A stretch of DNA of 64,000 nucleotides from a virus. The translations under genes and the position numbers were made by a program. Below are positions 16,261 through 25,454 of this stretch, one piece after another. The notes beneath the pieces are model-generated. The model had not been told where the DNA came from. It was given only the letters and a program-made list of their open reading frames with translations, and did no database searches. The first letter of the stretch is position 1, and each line of letters starts with the position of its first letter. The stretch covers positions 14,970-78,969 of the IMG/VR virus record IMGVR_UViG_3300021181_000008, one strand, 5' to 3'.

Positions 16261-16802
16261 TGTCTTGGTCATCTTCGGGTACTTCCAACATTTCGACGGC
16301 GGCGATGCTGTCGATCGTCAACGGAAACGCGAACACCTCGGGCGCACAGGTCCCGTTCTACACCGCATCAGGAACCACGTCGTTCCACGGCGACACGGTG
16401 AACGTCGCGCTGTACAACGGTAGCCCGACCTCGGCCACGGCCTCGTCCGACACGCTCGCGCACAACGTGTATCTAGCCGCAGGCGGCCAGTGGGTCACGG
16501 CCAACGAGATCACTGCTGCTGGCTACACGGCTGGCGGTCTAGCGATCACCGCGCCGTCCGGAGCTAAGACCGAAACGTTCTCCGGTAACGTCGTCACGTT
16601 CACCAGCACGGGCGCTCCGGCCTGGACTATCACCTCCGGTGGCATCACCTCGTACGGCGGCCTGGTCTACGACAACACGATCGCGGCAGCCAAGTACGTC
16701 TACTGCTGGAACTACTTTGGCGGCGCGGCCTCGTTCGCAGGAGCCGGGACGTTCACGATCAACTGGAATGCGTCCGGAATCTTCGCCATTACGTGCACGT
16801 GA
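16260..16802 (+). CDS. Conserved phage virion protein (fibre/decoration-associated family)
   Basis: DTVNVALY...NEITAAGYTAGG...GGLVYDNT...FGG...GTFTINWNASGIF pattern. Confidence 0.72.
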   Translation: MSWSSSGTSNISTAAMLSIVNGNANTSGAQVPFYTASGTTSFHGDTVNVALYNGSPTSATASSDTLAHNVYLAAGGQWVTANEITAAGYTAGGLAITAPSGAKTETFSGNVVTFTSTGAPAWTITSGGITSYGGLVYDNTIAAAKYVYCWNYFGGAASFAGAGTFTINWNASGIFAITCT

Positions 16803-16810
16803 GGTGACGC

Positions 16811-17329
16811 ATGTCTGAAAACCTCTACTTCATGGGCAACTTTGCTGCCCCTTCCACGGCTGTTCCCACACCCATTTCTTCGGGTACGGCAGGTTCCGCA
16901 AGCGTTATGCTCCAGCTCGCCACTCCGGCTTCTGGCACGCGGCAGTTCAGCATCGTCGAGTACGGCGTGTCCATGACTGGTGCGCCGGCCGGGGCGAACC
17001 TCCTGCTACGGCAGACGCCCACCGCCGCCACCCTGGGCACAGCGGGCACCATCCTGCCCTACAGCAACATCAGCGCTCCTGCCTCGCTGGCTCCCAGCGC
17101 CGTCGCAACCTCGGCCTGGAACAGCGCTGGCACGACGGTAGCACCCGCTGGCACGTCCGGCATGGTCTACGACTCGCAGCTCCTGACGACCAACACCTAC
17201 ATCAAGCAGTTTCCGCTCGGCCGCGAGCCTGTTGTCGGTCTATCGGGAACGCAGGAGTTCTGCCAGATTGTGCTCAACGTCCCGACCACTGCGGTCACGC
17301 TTCTTTGTTATCTCATCTGGCGCGAGTAA
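16811..17329 (+). CDS. Putative virion structural protein
   Basis: GAGGTG RBS, Ser/Thr/Ala-rich, QFPLGREP motif. Confidence 0.65.
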   Translation: MSENLYFMGNFAAPSTAVPTPISSGTAGSASVMLQLATPASGTRQFSIVEYGVSMTGAPAGANLLLRQTPTAATLGTAGTILPYSNISAPASLAPSAVATSAWNSAGTTVAPAGTSGMVYDSQLLTTNTYIKQFPLGREPVVGLSGTQEFCQIVLNVPTTAVTLLCYLIWRE

Positions 17330-17339
17330 GGGGTGACCT

Positions 17340-18101
17340 ATGGCCGTCGCATTCGACGCCGTATCGTCTGCCACCCCCACGTCGGGTACCACGTCACCGC
17401 ACACCTGGACGCATACCGGAGTCGGTTCTAACCTGGCGGTAGTTGCTGTTGTCTGCCTCGACGAGGCGACATCCAGCACCACCGTAGCCTGCACGTATAA
17501 CGGCGTGAGTATGACACTGCTCGGCGCTATCCCGTCTGACGGTAATGTGCCAGGCAACGGCTACCTGTACTTCTTCGGCATCGCCAATCAGGCGTCCGGT
17601 GCGAAGACCGTCTCGTTTACGTTCTCCGGCACGACTGATGTCTGCGTGGGCGCGTCTGTTAGCTGGACAGGCGCGGGCCAAGCGGTCGCCACGGCGTTCG
17701 GGAGCTTCCAGCCAGCCGTCTTGTCGAACGGCACCGGCTGGGGCAGTGCAGCTAACCCTGCGCTCAGCCCGGCGACCAATGTAGGCGGCAACGTGCTCTG
17801 CGCTATCGCCTGTGGTGCCAGCACCATCACGAGCCAGAGCGGCGGATCGCAGAAGTTCCTCTCCAACAACGGAAGCGCGGGCCTTTGCGGATCGCTTGTC
17901 GGCAGTACCGCAGCCGGAGTTGGCTCGGGCGGCACCATCAACTTCACCTCGTCCATCGCCAGCTCGACCTACGCGATCGGTGCGGTGTATGTTCAGCCTC
18001 TCGTCCCGCCATACGGTGTCGGCACTCCTCCGCTGGAGGACACCTCGACCGGGAAGTCCACCACTATCGGGCAGGCAGTAGCCCGCAGCTCGGTGTGGTG
18101 A
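17340..18101 (+). CDS. Putative virion fibre/receptor-binding protein
   Basis: MAVAFDAV..WTHT...TYNGVSMT beta-sandwich pattern. Confidence 0.65.
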   Translation: MAVAFDAVSSATPTSGTTSPHTWTHTGVGSNLAVVAVVCLDEATSSTTVACTYNGVSMTLLGAIPSDGNVPGNGYLYFFGIANQASGAKTVSFTFSGTTDVCVGASVSWTGAGQAVATAFGSFQPAVLSNGTGWGSAANPALSPATNVGGNVLCAIACGASTITSQSGGSQKFLSNNGSAGLCGSLVGSTAAGVGSGGTINFTSSIASSTYAIGAVYVQPLVPPYGVGTPPLEDTSTGKSTTIGQAVARSSVW

Positions 18102-18106
18102 TCTAG

Positions 18107-20830
18107 GTGCCAATTCTCGGCCGCGGCCAACCGATAGCGCCGCACATACTTTACCGTGCCAAGTACGGCTCGCTGCAAGACAACTGGGCCTCCAACGACC
18201 TCTCGACGCTGTGGGGCACGTCGATCGGCACGATCGTCTACTCGTCCGGCCAGATCACCATTCAGGTAGACACCAGCTACAGCTCGGCGCTGAACACCCC
18301 CAACATCTACGACCTCACCAAGTCGTACTTCTACCTCAAGATCGCGCCGTACCAGAACACCAGCGTGCAGACTAGCGTGTCGTTCGGCACCAGCACCACC
18401 GGCTTCTTCTTCGGGCTCAGCGGGACGAACTTCAACGTCACCAAGATCATCGCCGGGGTGCAGACGGCGATCTCCAACACCACCTACGTTCCGTCCACTA
18501 TGGCCTGGTGGCGAGTTCACGAGGCCGGCGGAACCTTGTTCTTCGACACCGCGCCTGACTCCTCGGGCTCGCCCGGCACGTGGACTAACCAGTTCAACAC
18601 CCCGGACACTACGTTCACGGGCACTAACTTCAAGGCGCTGCCACTCTCGATCTTCTGTGGTGACTTCGGCTCCGACCCGACCGGCACCACGACGATCTTC
18701 GCGATCAACACCTCTCAGGGGCCGGTCACCCTTACCGCGAATGCCGGGCTCGCCTCGGCCACCGGAGTTGCGTTCAACCCTGCCGTAGCGCTGACTATAC
18801 CTGCGGGTGTCGCCTTGGCTACCGGTGTCGGTCTCGGCCCGACCCTCACCATCAAGCCTGTACCGGCCGCAGCGCTGAGCACGGGCGCAGCCCTGAACCC
18901 AGCCACCAACATCACCTTCCCTGCCGGACTGGCATCGGGCACGGGCGCAGCCAACGCGCCTCCACCGGGTGTCGGACCCACGCCGACCGCTGCCACTGCA
19001 ACGGGTGCCGCGTTCAACGCCACGGGTGGATCCACAGGAGTTACCGCTAGCGCTGGTCTGGCCTCGGCCACCGCTGCTGCGTTCAACGTGCTGCCCGGAG
19101 TCGGCCCCAAGCCGCCGCAGGCCGCCGCTACCGGCGTTGCGAACAACGCCACAGTCAACCTCGTCGTCGTTGCCGGAGTCGCCCAGGCTACCGGCGCTGC
19201 GTCCAACCCTGCCGTCGTCCTGGGAGTTCCTGCTGGCGTCGCGCTGGCCACGGGCGCTGCGAACAACGCCACGGTCAACCTCACGGTCACGGCCGGAGTA
19301 GCGCAGGCTACTGGTGCCGCAAGCAACCCGAGCACGAACCTCACCTTCCCCGCTGGAGTAGCGCAGGCTACCGGTGCGGCCAACAATGTCACTCCGGGTG
19401 TCGGTCCCAAGCCGACTGCCGCGCTCGCCACGGGTGCCGCGTTCAACCCGAGCACCAACATCACCTTCCCCGCAGGCGTGGCGCAGGCTACCGGTGCGGC
19501 CTCGAACCCCACCCCCGGCGTCGGCCCGACCCCCACGGTTGCTACGGCCACGGGCACGGCGTTCAACGCCTCGGCCAGCACCTCAAGCGGTGGCACCGGC
19601 AACGCCGGGCTCGCCTCGGCCACGGGCGCTGCGTTCAACCCGACGCCGGGTGTCGGTCCTACCCCGACTGCGGCCACCGCCTCCGGTGCTGCGTTCAACG
19701 CCACACAGACGCTCGGTGTAACACCCGCTGTAGCACAGGCTACGGGTGCTGCGTTCAATCCCAAGACCAACCTCGTCGTCACCGCAGGCGTGGCCCAGGC
19801 CACCGGAGCGGCCTCGAACGCCGGCACCGGCATCACCGGCAAGCCCACGGCGGCCACGGCCACTGGTACCGCTTTTGGTACCACTATGGGCGTCGGACCC
19901 AAGCCGACTGCCGCGCTCGCCACAGGAACTTCCCAGACGCCCTCGATAGCTACAGTCGTGGGTGCAGGTGTAGCTTCTGCTGTAGGTTCTGCCTACAACC
20001 CCACGTTCGTCCTCCCGCCGCGGAGTCCCCTGGCCCTGGGCGGCAGCGCGGTGGGGCAGTTCCCGTACGGCGGCACCATCACGCCGGTCACCTACGACGG
20101 CACGGCAGCCACGGTTGCCAGCACCTACGGCGGCGGCATCACGCCCCTGACCTACGACGCCGTGTGCACTCCGGTGACGATCGACGGCACCGCCGCCACG
20201 GTGGCCAGCACCTACGGCGGCACGCTCACGCTGCTGAACTACGGCGGCGGCGCTGTGCCTGTGACCTACAACGGCACCATCACGCCGGTCACCATCGACG
20301 GCTCGGCCGTAACGGTGGCCAACACCTACGGCGGCACCCTCACGCTGCTGAACTACGGCGGCGGGGTCACTCCGGCGACCATCGACGGTTCGATCACGCT
20401 TCCGAACCTCGGTGGATCGTGCTCCTCGCAGGCGAACACCTACGGAGGTACTGTAGGAGTAGCCACGATTGACGGATCTTTGACGGGATGGACAATGCAG
20501 CAAATTGCCCTGACCCTCGCCGAAAACAACGACGAGACGGTCAACGTCGCCATCACGTCTAGCGGCTCCCCGCTGAACCTGACCGGCGCGACGATCAACA
20601 TGTACCTCAAGACCGCTGCCGGAACCCCGGACGGGGGAGCCACGCTGCTCTCGTCTGCTGGCGGCAGCCCAGCGATCACGATCACCAGCCCCTCGGGCGG
20701 GCTGTGCACCGTGGCGATCCCGCGCGCTGACCTGACGGCCGAGACGAACACCTTCTACCGCATCGACGTGGTGTTCTCGGGTCTACAGAACACTGCCATC
20801 TACGGCTCGATCACCTGGATCACGCTATGA
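18107..20830 (+). CDS. Long repetitive virion fibre protein with C-terminal BppU-like Ig domain
   Basis: About 20 repeats of AG(V/L)A(Q/S/L)ATG(A/V)AxN, then TYGG/IDG repeats. C-terminus PLNLTGATINMYLK...ITITSPSGGLCTVAIP. Confidence 0.75.
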   Translation: MPILGRGQPIAPHILYRAKYGSLQDNWASNDLSTLWGTSIGTIVYSSGQITIQVDTSYSSALNTPNIYDLTKSYFYLKIAPYQNTSVQTSVSFGTSTTGFFFGLSGTNFNVTKIIAGVQTAISNTTYVPSTMAWWRVHEAGGTLFFDTAPDSSGSPGTWTNQFNTPDTTFTGTNFKALPLSIFCGDFGSDPTGTTTIFAINTSQGPVTLTANAGLASATGVAFNPAVALTIPAGVALATGVGLGPTLTIKPVPAAALSTGAALNPATNITFPAGLASGTGAANAPPPGVGPTPTAATATGAAFNATGGSTGVTASAGLASATAAAFNVLPGVGPKPPQAAATGVANNATVNLVVVAGVAQATGAASNPAVVLGVPAGVALATGAANNATVNLTVTAGVAQATGAASNPSTNLTFPAGVAQATGAANNVTPGVGPKPTAALATGAAFNPSTNITFPAGVAQATGAASNPTPGVGPTPTVATATGTAFNASASTSSGGTGNAGLASATGAAFNPTPGVGPTPTAATASGAAFNATQTLGVTPAVAQATGAAFNPKTNLVVTAGVAQATGAASNAGTGITGKPTAATATGTAFGTTMGVGPKPTAALATGTSQTPSIATVVGAGVASAVGSAYNPTFVLPPRSPLALGGSAVGQFPYGGTITPVTYDGTAATVASTYGGGITPLTYDAVCTPVTIDGTAATVASTYGGTLTLLNYGGGAVPVTYNGTITPVTIDGSAVTVANTYGGTLTLLNYGGGVTPATIDGSITLPNLGGSCSSQANTYGGTVGVATIDGSLTGWTMQQIALTLAENNDETVNVAITSSGSPLNLTGATINMYLKTAAGTPDGGATLLSSAGGSPAITITSPSGGLCTVAIPRADLTAETNTFYRIDVVFSGLQNTAIYGSITWITL
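18725..20000 (+). repeat. Coding tandem repeats of about 63 bp (21 aa)
   Basis: Recurring GCGCAGGCTACCGGTGCGGC and GCGTTCAACCC units. Confidence 0.8.
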
Positions 20831-21867
20831 GCGCCACCGTCTACTACGACAACGCCGTGGACGCGGCTGCGGTCATCCCCGTGCAGTTCATCAACTACCT
20901 CACGGGCGTCGCGGCCGACCCGACTGCGATCTCCTGCGTGGTCACCGACCCGCTGGGCAACGTCACCACGTACACCTACGCGGCGGGCTCCGGCCTCAAC
21001 GTCGTCACCCGCACGGGCACCGGCAACTACAGCCTGACGCTCGACGGCCTCACCTCGGCCGGGCTGTGGACGTTCGTGTGGATCGGCTCGGGCAACAGCG
21101 TCCAGCAGACCACGCCCGGCACCTTCCGCATCGTCGCGCTGACCCAGGTCGGCCTCGGCATGCAGTACTGGTACGTGGGCAAGGAAGAACTCAAGTCGCG
21201 CCTGTCGATCCCGAACTCCGACACCGCGAACGACTTCGAGATCCAGCTCGCCATCCAGTGCGTCACCAACTGGATCAACGAGTACTGCGGCGAGCACTTC
21301 TACCAGATCGCCGAGACGCGCACGTTCATGAACGACAACATCTACACGCTGCCGATCGACGCCCTGGTGAGCACGCCCAGCATCGTTTCGAACACAGTGG
21401 TAAAGATCGACTACCAGGGCACGGGAGTCTTCTCGACCAACTGGGGCGCTCCCTCGTTCGCCGGCTCTCCTGGCGCGAACCCGACCTACACCCTCAAGCT
21501 GGGCACCGAGTCGCGGCGCGACAACTGGAATGTCAACGCGGCGGGAGTTCCCCGTCCGTACCGGCAGCTCCAGGTGCTCACCGGCCTCAACAACGCCGCC
21601 GGAGGCCCTGGTCAGTGGCTGCCGTTCATCTGGCCGTTCACGTTCGAGGACCGGATCCAGATTCAGGGTACGTGGGGCTGGAATTTCGTCCCGCCGAATG
21701 TCCAGAACGCGGCCATGATGCTCGCGGTGGACATGTTCAAGAGCAAGGACGCGCCGTGGGGCGTGGCGGGCATCGGAGACCTCGGCATCGTCAAGGTCCA
21801 ATCTAACCCGTGGGTGGTGGAACTTCTTCGGCCGTACATCAACACCCGTCGAAAGGTAGGCGTTTGA
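20827..21867 (+). CDS. Head-to-tail adaptor (gp6/gp15-like) with an extra N-terminal Ig-like domain
   Basis: YVGKEELKSRLSI...AIQCVTNWINEYCGEHF...GTWGWNFVPPNVQNAAMMLAVDMFKSKDAPWG...ELLRPY. Confidence 0.85.
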   Translation: MSATVYYDNAVDAAAVIPVQFINYLTGVAADPTAISCVVTDPLGNVTTYTYAAGSGLNVVTRTGTGNYSLTLDGLTSAGLWTFVWIGSGNSVQQTTPGTFRIVALTQVGLGMQYWYVGKEELKSRLSIPNSDTANDFEIQLAIQCVTNWINEYCGEHFYQIAETRTFMNDNIYTLPIDALVSTPSIVSNTVVKIDYQGTGVFSTNWGAPSFAGSPGANPTYTLKLGTESRRDNWNVNAAGVPRPYRQLQVLTGLNNAAGGPGQWLPFIWPFTFEDRIQIQGTWGWNFVPPNVQNAAMMLAVDMFKSKDAPWGVAGIGDLGIVKVQSNPWVVELLRPYINTRRKVGV

Positions 21868-22061
21868 TGCAGGACGAGTGGAGTTGGGAAGTCTTCGCCG
21901 GTTACTGGCTGGGCGCTAGCAATCGCTCGAATAAGGATGAGAACGACCGACTCAAGTTCAAACTAGATACGCATCGAGACGAGTGGATCTATGTCGGGGC
22001 TCATCTAGCAGACATTCGACAGTGCGCAGACGGTAGGTACCAGGGGAGGCCGCATGCCTAG
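21867..22061 (+). CDS. Hypothetical protein
   Basis: GAAAGG RBS and TGATG coupling. Confidence 0.5.
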   Translation: MQDEWSWEVFAGYWLGASNRSNKDENDRLKFKLDTHRDEWIYVGAHLADIRQCADGRYQGRPHA

Positions 22062-22638
22062 TCCTAATGGCAACTCGGAAGTCGAGCGCCGCACGCTGGA
22101 GGCTCAGCGCAAGGCAATTCTGACCGAGACAAAGGGTCACCGCGGAACGTTCAATCCGTGGACGAACTGCAAGACGATCTACAAGGGCCTCAACCAGCCC
22201 AAGCCGCACCCGCAGACCGGGGACATGATCAACCTCGGCGAGCGCGTCACCTGGCGCATCATGGGCATCTACCGCAAGTGGATCGTCTTCATCGCGCTCC
22301 AGGTGCTCACCATTGTCTGGTGGACTAACCCGCACCTGTTCCCCGGTGGCCTCGTCGGCTGGAATCTGCTGTGGTCCGACCTTGCGGTCATGGTGGAGAT
22401 GATCGTCGGCATCGCTTTCATGGCCCAGTCCATGCGAGACGCCAAGGTCATTCGCGCCGAGATGAAGGAACTCCAGGCAGCGCATTCCGAGACGCACGAG
22501 ATGCTCCAGAACAGGGCTGAGGACTTCCAGATGCTGCGCGAGATCCACGCTGCCCTGACCCCCGGTGGCGACACCCAGCTTGTGGTCGAGCACGAGGACG
22601 GCCAGTCGGTGCTCAAGATGCAGGCCGACGACTCCTGA
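22054..22638 (+). CDS. DUF1003-like two-TM membrane protein
   Basis: LGERVTWRI...W.VFI...W...WNLLWSDLA....I..AQ..RD, followed by a coiled coil. Confidence 0.65.
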   Translation: MPSPNGNSEVERRTLEAQRKAILTETKGHRGTFNPWTNCKTIYKGLNQPKPHPQTGDMINLGERVTWRIMGIYRKWIVFIALQVLTIVWWTNPHLFPGGLVGWNLLWSDLAVMVEMIVGIAFMAQSMRDAKVIRAEMKELQAAHSETHEMLQNRAEDFQMLREIHAALTPGGDTQLVVEHEDGQSVLKMQADDS

Positions 22639-22943
22639 TGCACTGGCACGCCATCTACTTCTGGCTGGAAGACCAGGGCGCGCTCTGGAAAGCCGTCGTC
22701 GGCTGGTGCGTGCTCGGCATACTCGGCTGGCTGGTCGGTGTGCTACCGTGGCGACGCAGCCGAGAGACACAGCGGAAGATCGCGGATAGGCTGAACACAG
22801 AGACGCCTGGCGGCCTCACGGACCTCGTGACGGCAGTGAACAAGCTCGTCGAGAGGGACGGTCATGAGGGTGATAGTCGAGATCCTGGGACGGGTAGTGG
22901 GCTTCGAGGCGAGTCTCCTGCACGTGAAGATGGTGAGCAGTGA
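22638..22943 (+). CDS. Single-TM membrane protein
   Basis: Hydrophobic segment and coupled start. Confidence 0.6.
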   Translation: MHWHAIYFWLEDQGALWKAVVGWCVLGILGWLVGVLPWRRSRETQRKIADRLNTETPGGLTDLVTAVNKLVERDGHEGDSRDPGTGSGLRGESPAREDGEQ

Positions 22944-23097
22944 CGACCAGCGTGAAGAGGTCGAGCAGCTAGGCCACGACCCGCACAGCACCGTCTGCTC
23001 CCAGGTCGAGCGCCGCAGCGACATGGAAGACATGTTCGGCAAGCAGAAGTTCGGCTTCGCCCACGTAACGGACACGCCCGATGGCAGCCAAGGCTAA
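22864..23097 (+). CDS. Small hypothetical protein with an FGF motif
   Basis: GAGAGGGA RBS. Confidence 0.5.
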   Translation: MRVIVEILGRVVGFEASLLHVKMVSSDDQREEVEQLGHDPHSTVCSQVERRSDMEDMFGKQKFGFAHVTDTPDGSQG

Positions 23098-24262
23098 GGC
23101 CCCGGTCAAGGCGAAGGTAGCTCCCAAGGCCAAGGTCGCGACCAAGGTCAAGGCGAAGCCCAAGGGGCTCGTGCTCACCTCGGCGCAGTGGAAAGCGTAC
23201 AACAAGGCGTACAACGCCACAGCTCGCGCCGCAGCCCTCGCCGCTGCCGCCCAGCGGTTCCGAAAGGGACGGCTACAGTCGGCGTACAGCACGATAAAGA
23301 AGGCGAACATAGCCACTAGCCACGCCCGGACTGCGGCCATCGCCGCGTACGCCGCCAAGCAGAGCTTCCGGCAGTCCCAGCTCGGCCACCAGAACACCGC
23401 GCTCCGGACGCGGATCGAGCAGGACATGTTCAACCACGCCACGATCGCCGGCCGGAAGCAGTACATCCAGGGCGGCGTCAAGGGCTACGCGCACCGTGCC
23501 GTCATGCGCACCATGGACACAGCTCAGGCCACCTCCTACGAGCAGGCGATATTCGCGGCTGCGGCCCGGGCCGCCAAGGCGGGCAAGTCCACCGGCAAGA
23601 AGCGCGGCAGGCCATCCAAGGGCGGGGCTGGGGCCGCGATCAACGCTCAGGCGGCGGCAGCCGGGCTCAGGGCGGCCAAGGCGGTCAAGGGCACGTCCAA
23701 GGTAGCCAAGGCCAAGGCGAAAAAGGCGGCAGCGGCCAAGCCAGCGGTCAAGGCGTCGGGCGGTAAGTCCACCAAGGCACCCGCAGCCAAGCCCAAGGCC
23801 CGCACCGCGCCCTACCTCGGCGTCATGCGGACGGTGACGTTCGACGGCAACGGCTACTGGCACCACGGCAACAACGAGTGGTCCGGCACCTGCATCATGA
23901 CCGCCGTGGCCAACGCCCTGCACCACCAGACCAAGTGGCGGCTGCCCGACGAGGACATCGCCTACTGGACCGGGCGGGCCGGCAGGCGGCCGACCATCGG
24001 CGGAGTTCTCTTCATGCTGTACGCCCTCCAGCCGTGGCCCGAGGTGGAGATCGACGTGCCGATCGCCGGAGCTGTGGCCGGCCCGCGCATCCTCGGCTTC
24101 GAGAACCAGTTCGGCGACCACGCGGCGTACGCCCTCGGGGACGGCACGATGGTCAGCTACGGCGAGCTGGTCGATCAGGCCGAGAACGTCGAGGAAGCGT
24201 GGTCGATCCGGTTCACTGAAGTAGCTGGCGTGCCCACGACCGTAGAAGCTCCCGAAGAGTGA
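23081..24262 (+). CDS. Lys/Ala-rich histone-like protein fused to a papain-fold peptidase-like domain
   Basis: PAKA-type repeats over about 240 aa, then GNNEWSGTCIMTAVANAL...GDHAAY...MVSYG. Confidence 0.7.
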   Translation: MAAKAKAPVKAKVAPKAKVATKVKAKPKGLVLTSAQWKAYNKAYNATARAAALAAAAQRFRKGRLQSAYSTIKKANIATSHARTAAIAAYAAKQSFRQSQLGHQNTALRTRIEQDMFNHATIAGRKQYIQGGVKGYAHRAVMRTMDTAQATSYEQAIFAAAARAAKAGKSTGKKRGRPSKGGAGAAINAQAAAAGLRAAKAVKGTSKVAKAKAKKAAAAKPAVKASGGKSTKAPAAKPKARTAPYLGVMRTVTFDGNGYWHHGNNEWSGTCIMTAVANALHHQTKWRLPDEDIAYWTGRAGRRPTIGGVLFMLYALQPWPEVEIDVPIAGAVAGPRILGFENQFGDHAAYALGDGTMVSYGELVDQAENVEEAWSIRFTEVAGVPTTVEAPEE

Positions 24263-24440
24263 ACTGCACTGGCTCGTTACGCTTCGGCGGTGGGGCTTGC
24301 AGCGTCTTGTTGATCTCCTCCAGGGCGTCCGCGATGCGGGCGAGGGTAAGGTACCTGTCCTGCTCGGCCGCCCTGTTCTTCACGAGCCGTAGCTGAACTT
24401 CGGGGGGTAGCTTGTCCGCACTGTGCTTTTCTGCGCTCAT
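24213..24440 (-). CDS. Hypothetical protein
   Basis: Leaderless TAAGCT-N7-ATG on the - strand. Confidence 0.55.
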   Translation of the reverse strand: MSAEKHSADKLPPEVQLRLVKNRAAEQDRYLTLARIADALEEINKTLQAPPPKRNEPVQFTLRELLRSWARQLLQ

Positions 24441-24469
24441 GCCCGGCAGCTTACTGATATCGTTGTCAC

Positions 24470-24952
24470 GTGGCTAGTCTTGGTGCAGTGCGCGACGCCC
24501 TGGCAGCGTCTATTACCGCTAACGCGGTCCCCCAGCTCAACTGCGTCGCGCAGCCGCTCGACCAGATAACGCCGCCGTGCGCTCTCATCCTGCCGTCACG
24601 GTCCAACGTGGCCAAGTTCGGCATCTGCCTGGGTGAGGGCCTGGTCACTGACCAGGGAGTACCGTTCTCCCCGGCTGAGTTCAACCTGGACATCCTGATC
24701 ATCGTGGCGCACGCCTCCACCACCGACCGCGTGCAGCAGATGCTCGACCAGTGGCTGGGGTTCGAGAACACTATGGACCCCGACACCGGCAACCAGACGG
24801 TCTCCGTGGCGTTCGCCATCGCGCAGGACCCCACCCTCGGCGGCTCTGTGGACTACGCCGAGTGCAACAACGTCATCAGTTACGGTCCGGTAGATTACAA
24901 CGGCACGCCCTATTTCGGGGCACGGATCTCAGTGACGGTGAGCACGCAGTGA
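24470..24952 (+). CDS. Tail terminator / tail completion protein
   Basis: VRDALAA...ITPPCALILP...QQMLDQWL...AIAQDPTLGGSVD...YFGARISVTV. Confidence 0.8.
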   Translation: MASLGAVRDALAASITANAVPQLNCVAQPLDQITPPCALILPSRSNVAKFGICLGEGLVTDQGVPFSPAEFNLDILIIVAHASTTDRVQQMLDQWLGFENTMDPDTGNQTVSVAFAIAQDPTLGGSVDYAECNNVISYGPVDYNGTPYFGARISVTVSTQ

Positions 24953-25209
24953 TGGACTACCCAGCACACGCCAAGGTCATCCTGACCGGCCCGGAAAGGG
25001 TGCGCACGACCTGCCTCGGCCTGGAGATCAAGACGCCGGGTGAGGAAGTGGAACTCGAACTCGTCGATTTCAACATCGACTACCGCGTCCCCCGCGTGGA
25101 TGTCTCGTCCATCGGCGACGCCAATCTCGCCTGGGTTTCGAGCTACCCGGAGATCACCATCCGGGGCACCGGCTACCCCAAGATCAACAGGGATGGCACC
25201 TGGCGATGA
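24952..25209 (+). CDS. Truncated paralog 1 of the tail tube protein
   Basis: DFNIDYRVPRVDVSSIGDANLAWVSSYPE versus tail tube DWTINFTVAKVDVTALGDTNLVWVAGLPD. Confidence 0.72.
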   Translation: MDYPAHAKVILTGPERVRTTCLGLEIKTPGEEVELELVDFNIDYRVPRVDVSSIGDANLAWVSSYPEITIRGTGYPKINRDGTWR

Positions 25210-25454
25210 GCCGCATCCACAACAAGAACGCGAAGATCCTCTTCTACGGCCCGGAGAGGGAAACATGCCTCGGGCTCATAATCCCCGGCGAGAAGACTGA
25301 GATCGAAGTCTCGGGCCTGAACATGGACTTCTCCGACATCAAGTACTCATCAGGCATGCTCGCGGGACTCAAGGACGCGTCCGGTGAGTTCACCGGCTAT
25401 TTCGATAAGGGTGATTTCGATGGCGAGGATTCTCCTAGTCCATCCGGGGCCTGA
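25206..25454 (+). CDS. Truncated paralog 2 of the tail tube protein
   Basis: MSRIHNKN...LAGLKDASGEFTGYFD versus tail tube MSRIHGRN...VAGLPDASGDFTGFFD. Confidence 0.78.
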   Translation: MSRIHNKNAKILFYGPERETCLGLIIPGEKTEIEVSGLNMDFSDIKYSSGMLAGLKDASGEFTGYFDKGDFDGEDSPSPSGA

